A stretch of 64,000 bases of DNA, from the NCBI GenBank assembly GCA_030704615.1, contig CM060731.1:76322001-76386000 (forward strand), read 5' to 3'. This stretch comes from Takakia lepidozioides. Its lineage: Eukaryota; Plantae; Bryophyta. The notes beneath the pieces were generated by a model that ran no database searches, was not told the DNA's origin, and saw only the letters and a list, made by a program, of their open reading frames with translations. The translations under genes and the position numbers were made by a program. Position 1 is the stretch's first letter; every line of letters starts with the position of its first letter. Shown piece after piece: positions 1 to 12,400 of this stretch.

Positions 1-599
1 ACTCGAGAACCATGAGGGAAGGATGACTGACGGTGATGTCCAATTTCTCTCATAAACCCCTGGTGTATCCCCGACCCTGGCTTGTCTATGTGTCTCTCTC
101 TCGCACTCTCTCTCTCATGTATGGAGAGTCAATGGCCACAAGGCTACGGCAAGCAACGTCTTATGAGTACATTCTCTCATGTATGGATCTCCCACGGAAG
201 TAGTAAATTTCTTTCTTTGGGGAGGGCCCCTCTCTCTTTCTTGTTGCATCCTTTCTGTTGTCCCATAAACTCTTTGAGCTTTCCGCAGACATTTTAAAGT
301 ATCATTTCATTTCTCCCTTCTCTTCCTGTCCCATTCGTCCTCTCCCTTCGACCTTATCATCTCTCCTGAGCTACAGTATCTTTTACGAGACCGTACACCT
401 GCAGGAGTTACCTGCAGAAGTTGGAGCGGAAATGTGAGCGTGTCAATTGGGGATTACATGGGGACAGGGGTCTCCAGTTCAATTTGCCTGGATACAGCTT
501 CTCATTTGTCAAGGATGCCTTCGAAAATCCTTCTGCTTACAGTGACTCAGCAGACCCCAAATCTTCTCCAACGGACAAAACCTCATGAGGCCTCTTTAT

Positions 600-1248
600 G
601 GCTCTCTTCACCTCTTTGTGGCTCCATCTCGTGCTGACAAGGAGAAAAAGCCGGGCATTGCAGGCTGAGTCTCCAGGCCATCGCATTGCCCAGTTCGACT
701 GCACAGGCTTCTTCACAAATGCTGCCAATGAATGCAATGCCGCAATGACTACATCTGCGTCCGTCGAAGCAAATAATAAAGACACATGCTGCATCCTAGA
801 CCATTGACTGCTCATTTCAAGCCAAACAGATATGAACGTACTTATCTGTAATCATGTTCAGACTTACTTAAAGATGCACAGGAGGTATAGAAGTTTCCAT
901 ATGACAGCCAGACAGTTTAAGAGGATAATGAATATCAGATAAAATATACGGGACGGTGGACCTATATTTTGAGCTAGCTAGATGTCACCTTCAGAAAACT
1001 ATGTGCAGTGCAGACGACAAAATCGAGACATGATGCCGTTAGAATATACCTCATTTGAACTGTTCAAATATTTGTTCATGCAGTTTTCTAGGCTGATTCG
1101 TGTCACCCTAAGAATTTGCAAAACTGCCTCCTTTGGAAAAGGGTTATCTCCCTCCACAAATTCACCTTCCAGCTGCAAATCTTTTCTAGGTTTTACATAC
1201 TTTCCAAAAAAAGCGATTCAACAAATCGACCCAGTGATAGAAGTCACC
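600..1248 (-). pseudogene. UPL1: Two-exon fragment of a UPL1/UPL2 (HUWE1/Tom1-type) HECT E3 ligase N-terminus
   Basis: Exon 1248-1050 (AG/GT intact) reads GDFYHWVDLLNRF/KYVKPRKDLQLEGEFVEGDNPFPKEAVLQILRVTRISLENCMNKYLNSSNE. The exon starting at 788 reads HVSLLFASTDADVVIAALHSLAAFVKK...NARLF. Both match plant UPL1/2 N-termini. Frameshifts are present and homology is lost below ~600. Confidence 0.8.
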
Positions 1249-1492
1249 CTGCAATGCAACCAAACTCCATCAGAGTTCAGAGAAACGCCCATGGCAAGAG
1301 GATCTTTTTGGTGATTATGTATAGTCGAGTTGTCTAGTCCCGGATTCCACAGCAAAGGATTTGGGAGTCTCTCATGGTCAAAGCATCGCTTAACATATTC
1401 ATAAAGATCAGATTAGGTCAGAATCTGTGAGGGACCCAAGTGAGAGCACTTGGTGAGATCCGACACATAGAGAAAATTATCGGAGCCATGTA

Positions 1493-1777
1493 TGAATCAG
1501 CAAGGTACCTCCAGCTGTCTTTTGGATTAAAAAGGTGCCCAATGGGAGGCGTGATAGCATAAAGATTTTAAGTGGTGAGAGCTTCGACTCTCATCTTTTG
1601 CATGTTCTCAGCTTGATCAGGATTTTCAGGGTCGAATGCTCTGGTAGGAGTGAGATGGTCAACGATGTCCATAAGTCCTCTCCAAGGAGGTTTTTTCTTG
1701 AGTACGAATTTTCAGGTTGTGTAGTTCAAGGGACCAATCAACTCATTGACCTCGGAGACTGGATCTTGACTTGTCAT
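1493..1777 (-). mobile_element. Degenerate Ty1/copia gag N-terminal remnant
   Basis: Minus strand reads LIGPLNYTT*KFVLKK/LLGEDL/DIVD...NPKDSWRYLADSY, resembling the NYxxWK..LxxxDLWDIV gag motif; contains stops and frameshifts. Confidence 0.5.
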
Positions 1778-1885
1778 GTGAAAGTGAAGAGAGGAAAAGG
1801 GTCAGTAAGTGAGTAAAGAAGAATGAGCAATTACAATTCGTGTATAGTGAAGTACATCAGATCTAGAAGCTATTTAAAACACCTC

Positions 1886-3560
1886 CTATCCGATTGTGAC
1901 ATCGGTGACAGATGATACACAAGAGATAAAGTCTGGATCTTCCTGCAGTCTCTTCGCAACTTTGTGAGGTAGTTTGAAGATGATTTTTATTGTACCATCC
2001 TTGTACTTCGGTGCAAAATGGATCAGAGAACAGGGAAGTTCCTTGGGTAAAATGGTATTGTTGGCAAAAGCCGGGCCACCTCCAAAGTCCAACTGTTCAA
2101 GACTTGGGAATCGAGTCGAAGCAGCTGTCATTATCAGTAGAAGGTCTGAAAGTACGGGTAAAGAACCATTCCTTTTTTTCTTTCTCCATCATGGCAAGTA
2201 AAGACTCGATGTGTTGTTGAGCTAAATCTGCAATCGTCTTCCGCAGCAGGTTTGCAGCATATGAGATTGTATTTCCCAAAAGCTTTCTCGTGGTGGTGAC
2301 TGCCACCGCGTCAAGAAGTGCATTTCCAAAATAATTCGGAGGGAGGTCTAGGAACCGTTTCCTGCAATCGACGGTGTTGAAGTAGCGAGTTTCCTCAGAA
2401 TTTGTAAGCAATCGAGCCCGGGTAATGGCCCTCCAGACATGTGCACTGATCATAACATAAGCACTGAACGTAGATCCATCAGGTGAATCCTCCGATGCTT
2501 TATCTTTGAGCTTCTTTTGCATTGATAGATCAAAACAAATGTGCAAAGTTATTTCGGAGTCCAGGTCAGAACCCTCGAGGTAACGAATAAAATTACCCGA
2601 CAACGGTAATTTCTTGATAAAAGTCTTTGCAAGGGAACTTTCTGTCCAAGCTGAGTTGTCTGAGTACTGTGATACCAATTTGATTATACTCGCTCGCGAG
2701 CTAAAATTGGGAAGAAGGGAGATGCGTTCCCCCCTGTTGACCTCTGCCCATGACTTGATAAAATGCCACAGCATCATTCCGTCTGTGATTCCATGGGAGG
2801 AGACATGACCAATTACATAGCCGCCACATTTGAGATGAGTGATCTGCGTATTTCCAAGAGAATCGATATCAAACTCGAATTGTGGTCAGGTTTGCACTCG
2901 ATCAAAAAGTGCTAAACTACTAATGCACATGACATGCAACACCTTCACACCTGAAACAGAAGCCACTTAATAATAAACAGATGTAGGAAGCTGACCTGGG
3001 CACCAAAAAGAGGGTGGCAGGTACCCTCGTCCTCAGGATTCCAGGGGATTGGTTGGGCAAAGTATTGATACATGTCAGCCATGTTGAACTTACTTAGCTC
3101 CCGCACAGTGGTGGAAGCTGAAGCCTAAGAAACTCCACCCCTGCGTCATTACAGTCCACAGCCGTCTGCCCGTCTTTGTCTAGCACATACCGTCCTGCAT
3201 CACATGTCATGGTCTCCCAAGGTCGTCATCTAGTTTCCCCGAAGCTTGGCATGACAGACTTTGATAATCGCATAGATAGTACTGTAGCCGCCATGGCGTC
3301 GGTGCTACTGAAGGGTGGGTGATTTACCTGCAAATGGGCACTCTTGAGAGACTCTCCCTTAGTCTTTCATTGAATTGCTCCACACCGAGGAAGTCTCGAG
3401 CGCTTGCGTCGAACAGGAGGACGCATCTGATGGGAGCTACAAGTTTGAACCAGGTGAGATCGAGGCTGGTAAGTGGGAGCAGCTGCAACTCCCTGCTCTC
3501 GTGAGGACGTGGCGTGGGAACCACCATAGTTTTTGATAGGACAGTCACTTTCATCTTCAT
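1886..3560 (-). pseudogene. BAHD acyltransferase, 3 exons (3560-3328, 3194-2996, 2843-1886), frameshifted as assembled
   Basis: Motifs PLTSLDL, PFAGR (across intron 1), VDCNDAGVEF, the catalytic HGITDG (HxxxDG, 2795-2778), YFGNA and DFGGG (DFGWG variant); canonical GT-AG introns. Frameshifts at about 3340, 3130, 3040 and 2135. Confidence 0.88.
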
Positions 3561-6500
3561 TTCAAACAATGTCGACTTCTTCACCGGGACTCTCGCTCGA
3601 GGGACTGATGACCATTACATATTGAACATTGGACCACTTTAAAGAGTATTGTTAACTAAGTAACATGAACATTGACGAAGATCACGTTCCTCTGACACAA
3701 ACTCCTACTGAAGGACCTGCAACTGATCATATTACAAGCTCTGCTATGCCTAGAAAGGTTACAGGAAAGTATTCAAGTTGAAGCTATGTTGAGATGACAA
3801 AGAACTTGAATCTAAGCTTCAAGGACTTGGCATGGATTTTAATCTTGCAGGACAGTTGGATTCCATGAGAGACACGATCCATCATAATGGTTCCTATATC
3901 GATGTGCATGCCAATCCGAAGATGCCGGCAGTGGATATGGCAGTGCAGCCTTTTACAAAACTTCTCTATCAAACGCTGAGAAAGCTTACTTAAATTCAAA
4001 GTGCACCATGTTGTCTCAATGCATGGGAGCATATACATGTCGCATTGGATACAAAAAGCAGCGACCAGACTGTTTTCTCAGCTCTCAAGAAAGAAAGAAT
4101 TTAACAAACCATCGAGCACGGAAAGAAGCTTGTGCACTTCGAGCCCGGAAAATTCCATGTTTGGAAATTCAGCTCGAGACAGAAATTTCCCATAATAAGC
4201 CCCCATATATAAGGCACGACAGTGACAAACATCAAACAGGACAGATGACTTCGAACAAAAGGACGAAGGAGTTAAGCTTACCGCAACAGTCTAGTAATCT
4301 TATGTGCCTGCAGAGGGTTTTTTAATCCAGCCCAAGCAAAGAAATACAGATGTCACCTAGCAACATCGACAATGGCTAAGAACAAATCGAGTCCCACTCC
4401 GAAGATAAGTTCTCCTGCACATTACAAATAGCAAATGCAAGGCAACTACTGTATTTGCAACTAACATAAGATTCGGTGAGAGCTGGCTTCAGCTGCACAC
4501 ACCTGTCCGGCAATTCTGGAGTCACTCGGATTTGCCCTTCGACCACATGCAAATCGAGCTCAAAGTCCGATTACCTCTCGAGGACGCACGTCGAGTTCAG
4601 TTCACAGCCGTGGTCTTCTCTACGCAACACGATATCCGTTCCAAGACTCTCCGCATTTTATACAGAACTCCTGACAAGGCCCTCCCTCTGATTTCCACGG
4701 CACTTGAGGCTTATTCTGACTTATTCGCAGGTCGTTAAAGGATGCTAGGGCCAGAAATTCTGCTTTTGTTTCTGGCAAAAATCGCATTATGCATCTGCCC
4801 TGTTTGACTCGGAGTGTAAGCTCTCATCGCAGGTGCATAGTACTATGTACGCTGTGCATAGTATAGTACGCTTGATTCCCACTGCTCTTTAGGCTCAGCA
4901 CGCCTTTACCTATACTATGTACGCTTATGGTACTAAGTACATAGTGAGGCAGCACGGGGTTCCCGCCCTGCCGGGGTCGCCACTTGCCCTGGCCGAAAGC
5001 AGAGAGGCCAACGCAGGGTGGACCAAGCCCCGTTGTGGTGTTTTGTGTTTTGGAGCGTGTGGTGGGGGCCGGATTGCTGATTCTACTTGATTACAGTTGA
5101 GTGAAGGTAGCGGTGATTGTAAAGGTAGAGACTGGTGGTAAGCCGGCACACTGGCGTTCATTATGGATTTTGTCTGATGTCAACAGCTCGGTCAGGCTAG
5201 GATTAGCCTTGGTGGCAGCATGGCATCCAACTCAGATTTGGGCGCTGCCATGTGGCTGATCTGCTTAGGTTTACTACCGCAGCCTCTTATACAGTTGGGC
5301 AGAACATAATTATTTTAAGCATTTGTCTAAAAAAACATGAAATTCAGAACTTAATAGTCCAATCATGCAAAATTGTTAAAAACAAATGCTGAAATTTTAT
5401 AAATTTTCATCAAAAAAATGCCCAAATCTTGAAATTTATGATTAAATATGTTTTGAAATTATCTTGATTCCTGTGCTTAGATAAGGTTCTACAAACCTCG
5501 TATAAATCCCTTGCAAGATTTCCCAAAGTCAGCACCACAATACTTTTTAGAGTGGGAAAATCACTTAGTTTTGCCATCAAACTTCCATATATACACTGTG
5601 GTCTCTGCTTGCAGCTTTGCAATGTTCTCTGCCCTCTCAACGCTGAAGCTGCTCTACTCAGTTCTCCTCTATCTCAAAGTAACTTGTTTGCCTTTCAATC
5701 TACACCAACCAAACAAGTGGATCGATGTTGTCAGCTTGATTGATGGCTTGATCCACGTAGTGCCTTGTGTCAAATAATGTAACGGTACCCGTTATCATCT
5801 CAGAATAGTTGGATCGGTGCTCTCTAATTTATTTCAAATCAGATAAATTATTTAAGACTAGTTGGAAGGTTTGATAATTTATTACTCACTGACTCTAATA
5901 CATATTTGGCTCATGATCTGCCTAAATTATTATAAACTTCATAACTGGATTGATATATTAATGTAATATTGCCCAACCATTCAAAGAAAATTATTATTAT
6001 TATTGGGCAAAATTCTGCCCAACCGTATAAGAGGCTACGGTACAATATATAAACTTGGGAGCTTGGGCTCTGGAGGCCGTGAAATAAGTTGTGTATTAGA
6101 AACCCCCGGTCCATAGACTTGGTGGCACTTGCGGGCATGTCTCCAATAGTCAAGTTGTAGAAATGAAGTGAAATGAAATGGTGCTTTGTAGAGTGTCGCA
6201 ACAAATCCCTCTGTCGCAACGACAGAGACCCTACCTGGCAAAACAGGCACATCGTTGAATCTGCGAACCTCTGCTCAAGTTTTGGGCGATCGGCTGCTTT
6301 CTCTTGTACCTTTTGTAGCACCTGGCGGTCGTAGCAAACTGCTCTCATTTGTAAGAGGGAAGGGGTTTGACATAGAGGTGCTCCCTCCCGCAGAGTCCGT
6401 TGCTTCCGGGACACCAACTTGAATCCCAGAAATTGATGAAGAAAAAACTCATTTGGGATTGCAGGCCCGCATCTTTGAGCAACCTCTATGCAACAGTCGG

Positions 6501-6905
6501 AGGAGCCGGAGGAGCTGTGAGTGAAATTGTTCGCAAGGCAGACTTCTCGATCGCTCACTTGTATGGAATACCAAATGCTCGACAATTCTACTATCATCCA
6601 CAACCCTCAACAAATCATCTAGGACCCTCGACAAATCAACCACTAGTGGTTGTGGATGATTTGTCGGGGGTTGATTTTGTGGGCAAACAGTATACATTGG
6701 AGCACCAAATGCCCATGAATTCATCCCACTTGTTCAGCGAATATTCTCTAATAGATTCTTATATTCTTTAAAATTATGCTTAGATGCTTTCACCTTTGAT
6801 TTGTCGGGCATTTGGTACATGAAGGATTGCCATATGACCACGTCCCTCAACAAATCAACCTACAAGTTCACACCACTTGTTGACAACATGGGTGTCAACA
6901 ACCTA

Positions 6906-6995
6906 GGTGGCGCCACTAAGGCAGGTGGCACCATTAAGGTTAGTGGCCCCAACAAGGCATGTGGCGCCACTAAGGGAGGGGGCGCCAAGTTGTTG
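6906..6995. repeat. 18-bp minisatellite, ~5 copies (GGTGGCGCCACTAAGGCA-like)
   Basis: Units GGTGGCGCCACTAAGGCA / GGTGGCACCATTAAGGTT / AGTGGCCCCAACAAGGCA / TGTGGCGCCACTAAGGGA / GGGGGCGCCAAG... Confidence 0.8.
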
Positions 6996-7149
6996 GCACA
7001 ACTTAGTTCAGATTGGCACAACCTAATTTCTGATAAACACATATATATACGTATGTACATATACATAGAGGGTTTAGGGTCATTTGCATAATTCAAATAT
7101 GATGAGACCTCCTCTTAAAGAATGTTATAATCCAACAACTGGGTGTAAT

Positions 7150-8360
7150 ATCACGTGTGGATGTATAGTCTATAGTTTTCTAGTTTAGACGTATTACTTA
7201 GAATTTTTATATTATCAGATATGCAATAAAATTTTGTGAGTTAAAAAATCACAAAGAGGTAGAGATCGAATTAAAATCTATGCTATAACAGCCTTATTAA
7301 ATGCAGATGAAATATCACAATTCAGTGTTCACTCTTACATGTGCTTTCTATTATTATATTGGTCATTTATGTGTACAGAGTCTCATAAGTGGAATATTTT
7401 CATTGTCCTGCAATAATTAAAAATCACACGGATGTGAGAGACCGGATTTTTAAAAATTAACATATTTATTTTAAAATGCAGATAAGATTTCATAATTTAA
7501 TATCACTCTTATATGCACTTGCTATTATTATATAGATCATTTATGTGTATCCCATGAATTCAAGAAGATTATGAGTAACCTATGCATAGGATGGATGCAT
7601 AGGAATTGTGATAAAGAACAGTTGGATCTAATAACATGTGTGGACGTATACTCTATAGTTTTCTAGTTTGTTCGTAATACTTGGAATTTTTGCATTGACA
7701 GATATGCAATGAAATATTTTGTACTAAAAATAATTACAAATATGTGACAGATCGAATTAAAATCTATTCTATAACAGCCTTCTTAAATGCATATAAAATA
7801 TCACAATTCCGTGTTCATTCTTACATGTACCTTCTATTATTATATTGATCATTTATGTGTACAGAGTCTCATAAGTAGAATATTTTTCATTGTCGTGCAA
7901 TAAGTTGTTTTAAATAAAAAATCAAATGGATTTGGGAGATCAAATTGAAAAAATGAATAACAAATATCATTTTAATATGCAGATTAGATTTTATAATTCA
8001 ATATTCATTTTAACATGCACCTCCTATTATTATAGAGATCATTTATGTGTATCGCATGAACTCAAAAATATTCTGAATGACCTATACATAGGCTGCACGA
8101 TTTAAAGATGATGTATAGATATATAGTCGAAGCATTTCTGTACTTAAATATTTATAAATGTGTTCATAAAACTTAGAATGTTTTGTATTGTTAGACATGC
8201 AATGCAATGTTCTCAATAAAAACTCACAAGGATGTGACAAATCAAATATAAAAGATTATATAGCATCATTTATAAATACATATAAGACTTAACAATTTAA
8301 TTTTCATTTCTACAATGTACATGTACCCCCCACTATTATGTGGGTCATTTATAAGTATAT
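7150..8360. repeat. AT-rich tandem repeat, ~480-bp unit with an internal ~175-190-bp sub-repeat
   Basis: GTGTGGA.GTATA.TCTATAGTTTTCTAGTTT at ~7155 and ~7638, with a degraded third copy near 8160. The sub-unit AAATGCAGAT..TATTATTATAT..TCATTTATGTGTA occurs at ~7300, 7474, 7786, 7975 and 8275. Confidence 0.8.
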
Positions 8361-8697
8361 CATATAACCAAGATGAAGTACTTATATAAACAAGCAACAT
8401 CACGAATATATATATATATGACAACATGTCACTCCTAAATATTGTGTGCTTTGCTTCATGGAGTTATTGCCTCCACTAGACTACAATAAACATCCCACAC
8501 CACCTAATCCCAAAAACAATTTTTCTTTGCACATGGAAGTACTGAAACCCAAATTTAAACGAATGGGCCGGTTCTACCTATATCAGTGATATCACATGGC
8601 TAGGAAGACCTTACTTCAATTAAAAAACTCTTCTTCAATTAAATGTTACCTTATGTCCTGTTTAAGGTTAAAAAATTCTCTATCTTTTTAATTTGAG

Positions 8698-9398
8698 TGT
8701 CGCGGCCCTTTGCGTTGAGGGCAGAGGGTTGGGACGCAGGGGGGCTCCCCTGTGGTGGGGGTCAATGGCGCGTAGGTATGGGTAGGCTGAAGCACCCTTG
8801 AGTGCCCAAGGCACTCAATGGGCGGAGGCGCTCACTAGGTAGAGCCCCGCATACCGGGTTGCGGTGGGGTGGCTCCATAAGGGGTGGTGGTAGCTTAGCG
8901 GGACTTAGTGGGGGTGACATAGGACTCACCATGGGGCGGAGAGAGTCGTGTGGAGTCTTTGCTCATCCGGTCTAATGGGGCCGTGGTGGGTGGGCCAGAC
9001 TCACCGTTGCTCATCACGGTAGTCCGAGGGTCTTCGTGGTGGTTCGCCATAAAATGGCATGGTTGTTTGTGAAACCCACGCGGACAGTCACAGAAGTATA
9101 TATCGGGAGTAGTAACCCCGAGAACGGTGCAAGCCCGTTGGTGACCAAAACTAGTGAGTAAGAGTGAGCCGGAAAGCGCCACAGATTGGGGAGCTATTCC
9201 GGACTGCCATCTACCAAGGGAACTTTCCACTAGGCCCAAATTGGTGGGGGTCGTTTGGAAGAGTAAGGGGGACCGTTTATCCCCGGTGAGCAGCCGAAGC
9301 TCCAAGAAGGCCCGGCGGCCAGGTTGGGAGTTAGGCACGCGATCAAAACGAGTAACTATGACTTGAAGGGGAGTTTACCGAAGTGAGGTGGCGCGACA
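8698..9398 (+). repeat. 5' LTR of the gypsy element
   Basis: TG...CA termini, direct repeat of 14891-15624, TATA-like AAGTATATAT at ~9094. Confidence 0.95.
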
Positions 9399-9402
9399 CT
9401 TG

Positions 9403-9413
9403 TGGTATCAGAG
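9403..9413 (+). promoter_or_regulatory. Primer-binding site (3' end of tRNA-iMet)
   Basis: TGGTATCAGAG 4 nt after the 5' LTR. Confidence 0.92.
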
Positions 9414-9455
9414 TTACACTTCAGTACGCGATCGTCCTTTGGGATCGGCCTCATC

Positions 9456-12400
9456 ATGGGGTCGGGCAAGCCAAGCGAAAGCGGAACGGCCCAAAAGATG
9501 ATGATCTTGGTGAGCCCGATGGGTGCGACATGTCACCGAAGCGGCCATTTGAGGAAGCGATGCATGCTTTTGAAAACGAGGCCGCTCAAGAATGGGAGGA
9601 ATCTGAGGAGTCAATTCCTGAGAGCTCCGACAGACCAACAGATGTCTCCCATGCCAGCAGCCTTTTGGAAAGGGTTGTTGGCGCAGTTTGGGTGGGACGT
9701 TGAAAGATTGAAGGCGGCTAATGTCACTTCCACCAAGGCAAAGTTTAAGGTGAAGCCTACGGAACCCGGCACCTTCGAGGGCGTCCAAAATCGGAAGGCA
9801 CTCAACACCTGGCTCTTGGAGCTAGAGCAGTACTTCCGGGCGGCCAAGTTGAGTGACAAGGATCGGGTGGAAGTGGCTCCCACCTATTTGAGGGGCTATG
9901 CTCAACAATGGTGGCAGAAACGCCTTCACGACCGAGGTCCACCGCGGGAAACCTTGAACTGGAGTAGGTTCAAGGAACTTATGAATAGACAGTTTGTGCC
10001 CCTCAACGCGTCCTAGCTCGCCCGGGACAAGATGAGGAATTTGAAGCAAACGGATGACATTCGGGATATATTTTCAGGCTTTCAATGTGCTGTTGCTCGA
10101 AGTCGCAGACATTGCCAGAACCAGAAATGGTCTTCAACTTTGTTGGCCTAACACACCTACCCCTATGGGCTAGGCGGAAGTTGAAGAAACCTCCCCCTAA
10201 TACTTTGAACGAGGCATTCTATGAGGGGCTTTAATGTTTCTCGGATGTCCCTAGGGGCGAAAGACAAGGCCGTACGAGCTGAACCACAAGAAGGCCCGGC
10301 GCGGAAGGTGACTCCTTCCGACTAGAAAAGAAGTGGGATAGGCCACGCGGCGACAATGGCACGTGGAATCGAAGGGAGGGCCTCACACGTCAAGGCGACC
10401 CCCCGGTGCTTTGAAAGGAAAAACAGGTGCGGCGGCTTATGGCGACAGAAGGGCGACCTTCGATGAAGTGTGCTCAACTGCGGGGAGCCCGGGCACATGG
10501 CCAAGAAGTGCACGAAACCCCGACAATTGAACATGACTCGGGCGGCCACAGAGCTGTCCGAAGATTCATTCAGCCGCTTGTTGAGGCGGTGGTCGCCCAA
10601 GACTTGCAAGGTAGGCAACTACTCTTGTGAGTTGTATCAGGAAACTGGCGCCTTGCTTAAAGGAAGTCAGTTAATGTTCGTGGATGGGATAATTTCCGGA
10701 ACTACGTGTCGTTGTTTGTGGACACAGGAGCATCACCTCCTTCATGACACGCAAATGGCACGAAAGCTGGGGATCCCGACAAGTGACGTGGGGGCCTCTA
10801 TTGAGTGCGTTCTGCCAAAAGGAGAACCACAATTGGCACGAGGTTGGCGTTCGATGTTCCTCTTCAACTTGGGAGTTGGGAGGGACTTCACCATTTGCAA
10901 GATCAATGGAGTGGATCTCATTTTGGGGATGACTTTTTTGAGCAATTCCGGAGCGGTCCATAGATGGCCGCAAGAGAGTAGTCACGCTGCCGTGTGGGAA
11001 TGGTGGCGAAGTTTTACGAGTGTCGGAAACGCCCAAACCCGTGGAGGGCAATAAACCTTCTATCAGCAAGGGAGTGGGCCGTGGAGGAGCCACACGAGTC
11101 CCAGCTTTACGTAAGACAAGTGAAAGGAGAAGGCGATGGGGAGCCGAGCCCAGATTGGATCAAGGGGATCTTGGAGAAATACCAGGATGTGATGCCGGAG
11201 GATTTACCAAGCGGCTTGCCACCGCGAAGGGGAGTTCACCACAAGATTGAGGTGATACCGGGATCGGAGCCGCCTGCCAAGGCGCCCTACCGGTTGAGCC
11301 ACAGAGAGTTGGTCGAGCTGAAGACTCAGCTCAAGGATCTAATGTCAAAGGGGTACATCCGGCTGAATAAGTCACCTTACGGAGCCCCGGTGCTATTCGC
11401 AGACAAGAAGGATGGAACGCTGCGGATGTGTGTCGATTACAGGGCTCTGAATAAGGTGACTATAAAAAACCGGTACCTTTTGCCAAGGATCGAGGACCTT
11501 TTCGATCGGTTGGCAGGAGCAAAGTATTTCAGCCGGATCGATTTGCGCTTCGGCTAACATCAAATTCGAATGGCGGAAGGAGATGAGGAGAAGACCGCGT
11601 GCAAGACAAAATATGGTTCATATGAGTTCGTGGTGATGCTTTTTGGGCTCACCAACGCACCTGCGACCTTTAGCACGCTGATGAACAGCCTTTTCCAGGA
11701 GTGGCTGGATGACTTTGTGATCGTGTACATCGACGACATCTTGGTGTACTCGAAAACAAAAGAGGAGCACCTGGAGCACCTCAAAAGGGTGTTCCAGAAA
11801 TTGAGGGAAGGGAAGCTGTATGCCAAAGCTTCAAAGTGCGAATTCGGGGTCACAAAAGTGGAGTTCCTGGAGCATGTGATTACACAGGATGGGATCAAAA
11901 TGGATGACAGAAATGTGAGGGCGATCTTGGACTGGGAGCCTCCGACTTCGGTCCCGGGAGTGCGATCATTCCTAGGACTCGCCTCCTATTACCGAAAGTA
12001 TGTGAGAAATTTTGCCAAGATCGCGGGGCCGCTCTCAGACCTTCTATGTAAATCCAAGATATGGGTATGGAACACCTTTTGTGGCCAAGCTTTTGCCGAG
12101 TTGAAGCAGCGGATGGCGGAAGCTCCAGTCTTGAAAATCCCAGAGTTCGACCGTCCGTTTGAGATTCATACAGATGCGTCGGACTTCGTGATTGGGGTGT
12201 ACTTATGCAAGATGAACGTCCAGTGGCTTACGAAATTAAGAAACTGAATGAAGTGGAGCAACAGTGGCCGACGCACGAGAAAGAGATGAAGGTGGTGGTG
12301 TATTGCCTTGAGCTTTGGCGCCACTATGTTGGTTCCAACCCGGTGAAGGTATTCACAGATAATGTCACGGTGAAGTAATTTGCCACGCAGCCTAAGTTGT

